32,000 nucleotides of DNA from Clostridia bacterium. Lineage in GTDB: Bacteria; Bacillota; Clostridia; Monoglobales; Monoglobaceae. Position numbers and translations under genes: made by a program. The stretch covers positions 4,257-36,256 of the forward strand of contig JAZNFQ010000031.1 of the NCBI GenBank assembly GCA_045576075.1, in the 5' to 3' direction. The notes under the pieces are model-generated. The model saw nothing but the letters and a program-made list of their open reading frames with translations. It was not told the DNA's origin and ran no database searches. Positions 13,594-21,268 of this stretch are shown piece after piece. The stretch's first letter is position 1; each line of letters starts with the position of its first letter.

Positions 13594-15603
13594 ATGGGTG
13601 ACGGCAGAGAGTTCCGCAAGGAAAAACAAAATATATTTGATATGGAAAGACCGAAATTCCCCAAGAGAGCGGTTGTTACAGGCGGTATGCCCTACGGTAA
13701 CAAAAAGCTTCACTTTGGGCATGTCGGCGGAATGTTTGTGCACGCGGATGCAATGGCGAGATTTTTGCGCGACAGAATAGGCGCAGAAAATGTCATATTT
13801 GTATCGGGCACAGACTGTTACGGCTCGCCGATTGCAGAGAGCTACAGAAAGCTTTGCGAGGAAGGCTACAGCGGAACAATTGAGGATTTTGTGCGCGAAA
13901 ACCACGAGAGCCAGAAGAAAACCCTTGAGAAGTACGAAATAAGTCTTGACCTTTTTGGTGCGTCAGGAATTGGCGAAACTGCAGAAATCCACAGAGAGCT
14001 CAGCCGTGAGCTTATGGAAAAGTGGTACGAAAACGGGCATCTTGAAAAGCTTGTGACCTCACAGTTCTATGATGCAAAGGCGGGACAGTTTCTAAACGGC
14101 AGACAGGTTGTGGGAAAATGCCCCGTTGAAAACTGTAATTCTGATAAGGGCTATGCCGACGAATGCTCGATGGGACATCAGTATATGCCCGAAGAGCTTA
14201 TAGACCCGAAAAGCACGCTGACGGGCGATACCCCCGAGATGCGTGATGTTGCAAACTGGTACATTGACCTTACAAAGTTTAAAGAGCTTTTAGAGGATTA
14301 TGTCAAGGATATTTCCGAAAAAGAGAATGTGCGTCCGCTTGTGGCAAACACAATCCGCGAATTTATGACTCCTCCGCTTGTATACGTAAAAAACGAGTTT
14401 TTAGAGGATTACGAGCAGATAAAGGCGCAGCTTCCGACACATACAATGGACTCTGCGGCAAACAAGACATCATTTTCGCTTGAGTTCTCGGATTTAGCCG
14501 ACAGAGATAAGGCAAGGGCAGTGCTCGGCGCGAACAACATTCGTTTCCGCGCGGGTAAAACTCTTGTGCCATTCAGGCTTACGGGCAATATCGAGTGGGG
14601 CGTACCCGCACCAGTGCTGGACGGCGAAGAGGGGCTTACAATATGGGTATGGCCCGAGTCGCTCTGGGCGCCGATTTCGTTTACCAAGGCATATCTTAAA
14701 GGTAAGGGCGAGAGCGATGATGAATGGAAGAGATATTGGTGCTCTGATGAATCTGAGGTTTATCAGTTTATCGGTCAGGATAACATATACTTCTATGGTA
14801 TAGCAGAGCCGGCTCTGTTTATGGCAACTCAAGGCAAGGACAAGCTTACAGCGCGCCCTGCTGATGACCAGATAAAAATGCCGACACTTGTTGCCAACAA
14901 CCATATACTGTTCTTAAATAAAAAGGCAAGCAGCAGCGGGGCGGTAAAACCGCCGATGGCAGAGGATTTGTTTGAATATTATCTGCCCGAGCATCTGCGC
15001 GCCCACTTCCTCGGGCTCGGTCTTGGGCTCAAGAGCGTAAGCTTCCAGCCAAAGCCTCTTAACCCGACAGCGAATGAAAATGACGCCGACCCCGTTATGA
15101 AAGAGGGCAAGCTTCTCTCTAATGTATTTAACAGAGTTGCACGCTCTTGCTTCTATACCGCACAAAAGTATCTTGATTGCAAGCTTCCGCAAGGAGAGAT
15201 AGACGAGGATGTTCTGCGCGAGGGCAAAGAGGTTATCCTCAAGTATGAGCGAGCGATGTATAAGTTCGAGTTCCATACAGCAATGAGCCTTATGGATACC
15301 TATATAAGAAATGCCAACAAGTATTGGGCAAAGAACATTGGCGAGGCGGACAAAGCCGACGATAATGAGCTTCGCGCAAAGGTTGTGAGAAATACGTTCC
15401 ATATGGTAAGGGTTGCCGCGGTGCTTATGCACCCGATTGCACCAAAGGGCACAGAGATGCTTAGGCAGTACCTCGGCTTTGGCGAGGATTTCTGGAGCTG
15501 GGACAGAATATTTGATACAATGAATGATTTTGCGGGTGGCAAAGAGCACGAGCTTAAGTTCTTAGAGCCTCGCATTGACTTCTTCCCGATGTATGCAGAA
15601 TAG
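13594..15603 (+). CDS. Class I aminoacyl-tRNA ligase of the methionyl-tRNA synthetase family (MetRS-like, atypical KMSKS)
   Basis: 669 aa. The HIGH motif is KLHFGHVGG. A MetRS-type zinc knuckle reads GKCPVENCNSDKGYADECSMGHQY. An anticodon-domain-like segment reads FHTAMSLMDTYIRNANKYW. The ATG directly abuts the gltX stop and follows a GAGGAGG SD. Confidence 0.7.
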   Translation: MGDGREFRKEKQNIFDMERPKFPKRAVVTGGMPYGNKKLHFGHVGGMFVHADAMARFLRDRIGAENVIFVSGTDCYGSPIAESYRKLCEEGYSGTIEDFVRENHESQKKTLEKYEISLDLFGASGIGETAEIHRELSRELMEKWYENGHLEKLVTSQFYDAKAGQFLNGRQVVGKCPVENCNSDKGYADECSMGHQYMPEELIDPKSTLTGDTPEMRDVANWYIDLTKFKELLEDYVKDISEKENVRPLVANTIREFMTPPLVYVKNEFLEDYEQIKAQLPTHTMDSAANKTSFSLEFSDLADRDKARAVLGANNIRFRAGKTLVPFRLTGNIEWGVPAPVLDGEEGLTIWVWPESLWAPISFTKAYLKGKGESDDEWKRYWCSDESEVYQFIGQDNIYFYGIAEPALFMATQGKDKLTARPADDQIKMPTLVANNHILFLNKKASSSGAVKPPMAEDLFEYYLPEHLRAHFLGLGLGLKSVSFQPKPLNPTANENDADPVMKEGKLLSNVFNRVARSCFYTAQKYLDCKLPQGEIDEDVLREGKEVILKYERAMYKFEFHTAMSLMDTYIRNANKYWAKNIGEADKADDNELRAKVVRNTFHMVRVAAVLMHPIAPKGTEMLRQYLGFGEDFWSWDRIFDTMNDFAGGKEHELKFLEPRIDFFPMYAE

Positions 15604-15611
15604 GAAATAAT

Positions 15612-15638
15612 AAAAGGCACGGAAAACCGTGCCTTTTT
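15612..15638. terminator. Bidirectional intrinsic terminator between the convergent MetRS-like gene and mtnN
   Basis: AAAAGGCACGG, loop AAAA, then CCGTGCCTTTT, with a T-run. The A-run on the other side serves the minus strand. Confidence 0.85.
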
Positions 15639-15641
15639 GAT

Positions 15642-16328
15642 TTAAATTTTTTCTGCAAACAGCCTTATAACTTTTATTGAATTTTCTGCCGCGAGAGCCG
15701 CAAATTCGGGGAAGGACATATGCGATGCATCGTCGCCGCCGTCCGATATTGCACGAAGAACTCCAAACGGAACATCGTTTCTGTAGCAGACGTGCCCGAT
15801 TGCACCGCCCTCCATCTCACACGCAGCTGCGTTAAAGTCAGCAATCAGCTGTGCCTTTTTGGTGTTTGAGTTGATAAACTGGTCGCCCGATGCGATGACT
15901 CCGCAAATGTGGTTTATTCCGCAGCTTTCAACACAATCAGAAAGAGTAGCCACAATTTTTTTGTCACAGGGGATTTCAACCCCGTCAACTCCGCAAATAT
16001 ATCCGATTGGGTGACCGAGAGGCGACATATCCATATCGTGCTGAACAACACAATCAGCAACAACAATATCTGCAATTTTAAGTCCGTCTGCAAGACCGCC
16101 CGCAACGCCCGTATTTATAATCATATCGGGCGCATAGGTTAAAATCATTGTCTGCGCGCACATTGCCGCATTCACTTTTCCCTCGCCGCATACAGTTACA
16201 ACGGCATCCTTTCCGCAGAGCTTGCCGCGTGTAAAGGTCATACCTGAAATCGTCTTTTCTTCTGTTTCTGTCATAATTCCTTTTAAGCCGTCTATTTCAA
16301 TAGTCATAGCGCCTATAATTCCAAGCAT
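15642..16328 (-). CDS. mtnN: 5'-methylthioadenosine/S-adenosylhomocysteine nucleosidase
   Basis: 228 aa. The N-terminus is MLGIIGAMTIEI. The CEMEGGAIG and RAISD motifs typical of Pfs/MtnN are present. Confidence 0.9.
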   Translation of the reverse strand: MLGIIGAMTIEIDGLKGIMTETEEKTISGMTFTRGKLCGKDAVVTVCGEGKVNAAMCAQTMILTYAPDMIINTGVAGGLADGLKIADIVVADCVVQHDMDMSPLGHPIGYICGVDGVEIPCDKKIVATLSDCVESCGINHICGVIASGDQFINSNTKKAQLIADFNAAACEMEGGAIGHVCYRNDVPFGVLRAISDGGDDASHMSFPEFAALAAENSIKVIRLFAEKI

Positions 16329-16361
16329 AGTAATTCTTCCTTTCCCTGCAAAACTGCCTCT

Positions 16362-18245
16362 TTATCTTGGGATAACCGCGTCAGACGGCATACGCCACGC
16401 ACCCCTCGGGGAGAGCGCAACGCTGCCCACCTTTACGCCGTCGGGCATACAGGAGCGTTTAAACTGACTGTTGTAAAATCTTCTTATGAAAATATCAAGC
16501 CATTTTGCAATTGTTTCGATATCATATACATCTGCAAATGCAAGAGAGCAAATTCTTAAAATCTTTTCCCTCGAAAAGCCCCACCTTACCATATAATACA
16601 GGAAGAAATCGTGAAGCTCATAAGGTCCAACAATTTCCTCTGTCTGTTGTGCGATACTTCCGTCCTCCTCGGGCGGTAAAAGCTCGGGGCTGACGGGTGT
16701 GTTTACCACATCATAAAGAAGAGCCTTAAACTCGTCTGTGCCCAAATCCGCGACATATTTTACGATGTGGCGCATCATTGTTTTAGGAACAGAGGCGTTC
16801 ACGCCATACATAGACATATGGTCGCCGTTATAGGTTGCAAAGCCGAGGGCAAGCTCGGACAAATCGCCCGTACCTACAACTATTCCGCCCGTTTTGTTGG
16901 CAATATCCATCAAAATCTGCGTACGCTCGCGCGCTTGTGCGTTTTCATATGTGACGTCGTGACAGTTTATGTCTGCGCCAATATCTTTAAGATGGAGAGT
17001 CACAGCCTCTTTTATGTTTATCTCTCTCAAGGTTGCGCCTATCATTGATACAAGCGCCTTGGCGTTATTGTAGGTTCGGTCGCTTGTGCCAAAGCATGGC
17101 ATGGTAACTGCAATAATTCCCTCTTTTGATAAGCCGAGGCTTTCAAACGCCTTTGCCGTAACAAGCAAGGCAAGGGTCGAGTCAAGTCCGCCCGAGATAC
17201 CTATTGTAACTGTTTTGGCGCCTATATGAGAAAGGCGTTTTTTAAGTGCGTGATATTGAATTGTGAAAATTTCTTCGCAACGGGTCTTGATATCCTCCGC
17301 ATTGCTTGGGATAAACGGCGTCTGTGAAAATTTGCGGTGGAGCTTGGTTTCTTTTATTTTTGTATCAAAGAAAATTCTCTCATAACGGCTGTCGGATTTA
17401 TTCTGGAATGACGAAATACGACAGCGCTCTTGGCTGACTTTCTGAACATCCGCGTCAGCATATATTATTCCCTCCGAGAAAGGCTTTGACTCGGCAAGGA
17501 GCGTGCCCGCCTCGTATATCATATTGTGACCCGCAAAAACTAAATCGGTTGTTGACTCGCCCATACCCGCATTGGCGTAAATATAGACTGTTGCACACCG
17601 CGCGGACTGGACCTCTACAAGCTTTTTGCGCCACGCGCCCTTCCCGACAAGTTCATTGCCCGCAGATTGATTAACGATAATGGTTGCGCCGTTTGCACAG
17701 TGCTCGTTGCTTGGCGGTGCCATTGCCCACAAATCCTCACAGATGTCGGCAGCAACGGAGAAACCTACCATATCCTTTGCTGTAAATATGAGCTTGGGTC
17801 CAATAGGTATGTCCTTGTCACCGAGGCTCACGGTTGAGTTCTCTTCCATTGTGTTAAAGTACCGAGGCTCACAAAACTCTCCGTAATTCGGAAGGTTGCT
17901 CTTTGTGGCAAGACCGAGAATTTCTCCGTCCTTTACAAAGGCAGAGCAGTTGTAGAGCTTGCCAAAATGCAATACAGGAAGTCCTATAACAGATAAAATA
18001 TCAAGCTTTGCCGTCCCCGATGCAAGCTTTATAAGAGCATTTTTTGCTCTGTCTGTGAGATTGGTCTGAAAAAACAAATCTCCGCACGAATACGAGGTCA
18101 AGCCAAGCTCGGGAAGAACAATCAATTTTGCCCCGTGCTCTGCTGCAGATTTTATACATTCAAGTGATTTTTCTGCATTGAATTCAACGTCGGCAACCCG
18201 AAGCTCGGGCGTAGCCGCCGCAACCTTTATAAAACCATCGTACAT
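16362..18245 (-). CDS. nadE: Glutamine-dependent NAD+ synthetase (CN-hydrolase domain plus NAD synthase domain)
   Basis: About 627 aa. The N-terminal nitrilase-like domain reads IKVAAATPELRVADVEFN...LPELGLTSY. The C-terminal PP-loop is GISGGLDS. I prefer ATG at 18245, 7 nt after GGAAGG, over TTG at 18251. Confidence 0.93.
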   Translation of the reverse strand: MYDGFIKVAAATPELRVADVEFNAEKSLECIKSAAEHGAKLIVLPELGLTSYSCGDLFFQTNLTDRAKNALIKLASGTAKLDILSVIGLPVLHFGKLYNCSAFVKDGEILGLATKSNLPNYGEFCEPRYFNTMEENSTVSLGDKDIPIGPKLIFTAKDMVGFSVAADICEDLWAMAPPSNEHCANGATIIVNQSAGNELVGKGAWRKKLVEVQSARCATVYIYANAGMGESTTDLVFAGHNMIYEAGTLLAESKPFSEGIIYADADVQKVSQERCRISSFQNKSDSRYERIFFDTKIKETKLHRKFSQTPFIPSNAEDIKTRCEEIFTIQYHALKKRLSHIGAKTVTIGISGGLDSTLALLVTAKAFESLGLSKEGIIAVTMPCFGTSDRTYNNAKALVSMIGATLREINIKEAVTLHLKDIGADINCHDVTYENAQARERTQILMDIANKTGGIVVGTGDLSELALGFATYNGDHMSMYGVNASVPKTMMRHIVKYVADLGTDEFKALLYDVVNTPVSPELLPPEEDGSIAQQTEEIVGPYELHDFFLYYMVRWGFSREKILRICSLAFADVYDIETIAKWLDIFIRRFYNSQFKRSCMPDGVKVGSVALSPRGAWRMPSDAVIPR

Positions 18246-18267
18246 TTGCAATCCTTCCTTTCAGGAA

Positions 18268-18933
18268 TTAATTGGTATTTCTTTTCTTTATAAACCGCAC
18301 CGCCGCATATGCAAGCGGTGTGCCGCAAAGCGCCTCAATAGCGAGCTTTGCAAAATATTGTATGGTAATCATTGTAAATAGGTCGCGAGCAGGTGATGTT
18401 CCGCCAAAGGCTACTATTACAAACAATACCGTATCAAATATGTATCCGACTGCAGAGCTTCCTATTGTTCGCATCCACATATGCTTGCCCTGCGTAAGTT
18501 TCTTCATTTTTGCCATTACCCACGCATTTGAAAGCTCACCGCATAAAAATCCAATTAAGGATGCGATGACTATTCTCGGCACATAGCCGAAAATTATTGC
18601 GTAGGCATCTGTTGTTGCCTGCATATAATCGGGCGCGGGCAGTATAAGCCCGAGAGCCGTGCAAAGAACAAAAATAATATTGCAGAAAAAGGTCAGCCAT
18701 ATAACCTTTCTCGCTGTTTTAAAGCCCCAGATTTCTGTGAGTACATCCCCGAGCATATACGCCGCGGGAAAAGTGATTGTTCCTGCATCAAAGAGTGCCA
18801 AGTCCCCGATTGATATGACCTTTACAGCCATCGCATTAGATGCGATATAGATTGCCGAAAGCAAAGCCGCAACAACGGTCAGCGTGTTCCAATCTCGGTT
18901 TTTTGCAGGGTTTTCCGATACCTGTGTATTCAT
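18268..18933 (-). CDS. Queuosine-precursor transporter (YhhQ/VUT, DUF165 family)
   Basis: A polytopic membrane protein containing FDAGTITFPAAYMLGDVLTEIWG and a C-terminal IQYFAKLAIEAL segment. I set the start at ATG 18933, after GAGGAGA. It lies 2 nt from the mtaB stop. Confidence 0.8.
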   Translation of the reverse strand: MNTQVSENPAKNRDWNTLTVVAALLSAIYIASNAMAVKVISIGDLALFDAGTITFPAAYMLGDVLTEIWGFKTARKVIWLTFFCNIIFVLCTALGLILPAPDYMQATTDAYAIIFGYVPRIVIASLIGFLCGELSNAWVMAKMKKLTQGKHMWMRTIGSSAVGYIFDTVLFVIVAFGGTSPARDLFTMITIQYFAKLAIEALCGTPLAYAAVRFIKKRNTN

Positions 18934-18935
18934 TT

Positions 18936-20228
18936 TTAATTCTCCTCTTCTGCCAATAGGCATTCATTTATTTTATCATACTTTTTAAGTATAACATTTT
19001 TTGTTTGTCCGCGCAAGTCATTTTCGCTCTGCACGCGAACCTCCATATAATTTTCGGTAAATCCGCTCCACATACCGTCCCTCTTTTGTTCAAAAAGCAC
19101 AGGGGTGCAGGCGCCGAGATGGCTCTCGTAAAATTCCCGCTTGAGCCTTGCCGCGATGTCCAGCATTATATGGGCGCGCCGAGTTTTTTCTTCGTCCAAA
19201 ACGTGATTTTCAAGGCTTGCCGCCGCCGTTCCCTCTCTTACGGAATAGGGGAATATATGCATCTGCGAAAAGCCGATTTCTTCGCAGAAACGCTTTGATT
19301 CCTCAAAATCAGCCTCGGTTTCCCCCGGAAAGCCGACAATCAAATCGGTTGTAATCGCGGCATCCTTAAATGCCGAGCGAAGATTTTTAACCGCCCTCCT
19401 GAAATCCTCTGTGGTATAACGTCTGCGCATAGAGGACAGGGTTTTATCACAGCCGCTCTGCAGTGATAAATGGAATTGGGGGCAAAGGCTTTTAAGGGCG
19501 GCTGCGCGTTTTGTAAAGTTTTCGTCTATCATAACGGGCTCAAGTGAGCCAAGACGCAAACGTACGTTCCCGCAAGCGCTATCAACGGTTTCCATTACGT
19601 CGATTAAGCCAATTTCTTCTTTTAAGTCCTTGCCGTATGAGCCAATGTGTATACCCGTCAGCACAATCTCGGAATATCCGTCAGCGGCGAGAGCCTCTGC
19701 CTCGCGCCTGATTTGTTCCATATCACGCGAGCGGACTGGACCTCTTGCATATGGGATTTTACAATACGAGCAAAAATTGTTACAGCCGTCCTCAATTTTG
19801 ATTTCGGCGCGAATTCGCCTTTGTCTGTGAACAATCCCGAGTTCTTCATATTCTGTGACCTTTAGTATGTCCTCGATTTTATCGGTTTTATTCCCGCGCA
19901 TTGCTTCCTCACAGAGCCCCACTATATCCGCGCGGTGACGGTTTCCGATAAGTACATCTATATTTTCCCCTTGCCGAAGCTTGTCCGCTTCGGTTTGAGC
20001 AAGACAGCCCGTAACTGCCAGAATGGCATCTGGGTTTTCGCGGCGTGCTCTGCGGATTTGTTTAAGGCTTTTCGCCGCGCCCGTGCCCGTTACGGTGCAG
20101 GTATTTATAACGCATATATCCGCTATTCCTTTTGTTACGGTATAGCCCGCATCTTCAAACAGCTGTGCCATAGCCTCGCTCTCGTAGATGTTGGTCTTGC
20201 AGCCGAGTGTGATAAACTTAACTGTCAT
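18936..20228 (-). CDS. mtaB: Radical-SAM methylthiotransferase, MtaB type (tRNA t6A37 methylthiotransferase)
   Basis: 430 aa. The N-terminal UPF0004 domain reads FITLGCKTNIYESE. The radical SAM cluster motif is CNNFCSYCKIPYARG. A C-terminal TRAM-like region is present. Confidence 0.85.
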   Translation of the reverse strand: MTVKFITLGCKTNIYESEAMAQLFEDAGYTVTKGIADICVINTCTVTGTGAAKSLKQIRRARRENPDAILAVTGCLAQTEADKLRQGENIDVLIGNRHRADIVGLCEEAMRGNKTDKIEDILKVTEYEELGIVHRQRRIRAEIKIEDGCNNFCSYCKIPYARGPVRSRDMEQIRREAEALAADGYSEIVLTGIHIGSYGKDLKEEIGLIDVMETVDSACGNVRLRLGSLEPVMIDENFTKRAAALKSLCPQFHLSLQSGCDKTLSSMRRRYTTEDFRRAVKNLRSAFKDAAITTDLIVGFPGETEADFEESKRFCEEIGFSQMHIFPYSVREGTAAASLENHVLDEEKTRRAHIMLDIAARLKREFYESHLGACTPVLFEQKRDGMWSGFTENYMEVRVQSENDLRGQTKNVILKKYDKINECLLAEEEN

Positions 20229-20386
20229 TTATGGCTCTCCTTTGCATTTGGTTTTGAATATTCAAACGGGACGTCGAGGACGCCGTCCCCTACAAATTCA
20301 TAGATTTTCCCTATATTTCAGTCTATATTATGAGTATTGCATAAATTTGCAAAGATAAATCTATGAAATTATTATATAATTTTTGA

Positions 20387-20415
20387 TTGACTAATGCAAG
20401 AAAAAAATGTATAAT
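20387..20415 (+). promoter_or_regulatory. Sigma-A type promoter for the HPr-like gene
   Basis: TTGACT (20387-20392), a 17-nt spacer, then TATAAT (20410-20415). Confidence 0.55.
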
Positions 20416-20456
20416 TTAATAGGTATAAATATGAAAATTTTTAGGAGGTTAGTTAA

Positions 20457-20687
20457 ATGACAGAATTTACAGTTGTTTTAAGCTCAATCAATGACGTTAA
20501 AAGCTTTGTTAATGTGGTTACAAAATATGACTACGAGATAGATTTAACATCGGGCAGATATGTAGTTGACGCAAAGTCAATTATGGGTATTTTCAGTCTT
20601 GACCTCACCAAGCCTATAAAGGTTGAGGCTCACGGCGAGGATTGCTCAAGCCTGCTTGCTGAGCTTGATGCTTTTATTCAGAAATAA
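20457..20687 (+). CDS. HPr-family-like small protein lacking the His15 phosphorylation site
   Basis: 76 aa. KYDYEIDL...AKSIMGIFSL aligns without gaps to the HPr segment KYDADVNL...LKSIMGVMSL, which is the Ser46 region. There is no His in the first 57 residues. The SD is AGGAGG. Confidence 0.72.
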   Translation: MTEFTVVLSSINDVKSFVNVVTKYDYEIDLTSGRYVVDAKSIMGIFSLDLTKPIKVEAHGEDCSSLLAELDAFIQK

Positions 20688-20770
20688 GAAGGGTTTAAAG
20701 CTACAGTCCCTGCATACTCTATGTGGGGATTTGTCGCGTTTAAAAAACGTTTTTCAAATCGGGGTTTGCT

Positions 20771-21223
20771 ATGCAAAATGAGTTTATGCAAGCCGCAATT
20801 GAGATGGCACGCGCCGCCGCAGACGCGGGGGAGGTTCCTGTCGGTGCGGTTGTTGTAAAGGATAATAAAATTATTTCTGCGGCACATAATATGTGTGAGG
20901 CGGAAAATAATTCCTTGCGCCACGCAGAAGTTATTGCGATAGAGAGGGCTATGAAAGTGCTCGGCAATTCGCGCCTTGAAGATTGCGACCTTTATGTTAC
21001 GCTCGAGCCTTGTGCAATGTGTTGCGGGGCAATATCGCACGCACGCATCAGGCGGCTGTATTTTGGGGCATATGACAAAATCGGCGGTTGTGTGGTTTCA
21101 AACCTTGATTGCTTTAGCTCGCGCTCCCCTCTTTTATCACCCGAATATTATTGCGGTATAATGGAGAGCGAGTGTTCTGCACTTTTGTCGGATTTCTTTG
21201 CGAAACTGCGACAGAGTAAATAA
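20771..21223 (+). CDS. tadA: tRNA adenosine(34) deaminase
   Basis: 150 aa. The CDA zinc motifs HAEVIAI and TLEPCAMCCGAI are present. Confidence 0.95.
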   Translation: MQNEFMQAAIEMARAAADAGEVPVGAVVVKDNKIISAAHNMCEAENNSLRHAEVIAIERAMKVLGNSRLEDCDLYVTLEPCAMCCGAISHARIRRLYFGAYDKIGGCVVSNLDCFSSRSPLLSPEYYCGIMESECSALLSDFFAKLRQSK

Positions 21224-21268
21224 AGTTTGTAAATAAATTAAATTTATATATATTTTGGAGGTAAAACA

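Noticed and set aside
14914-15549. A 211-aa minus-strand ORF, and other antisense ORFs, inside the MetRS-like gene
   Set aside because: It is antisense to a gene with clear class I ligase motifs. It has no motifs or SD of its own.
20267-20290. A GC-rich imperfect hairpin (GGGACGTCG-AGGA-CGCCGTCCC) in the mtaB / HPr-like divergent spacer
   Set aside because: The stem has one mismatch. There is no T-run on the plus strand and only a weak one on the minus strand. No upstream gene needs a terminator here, so there is not enough support for a call.
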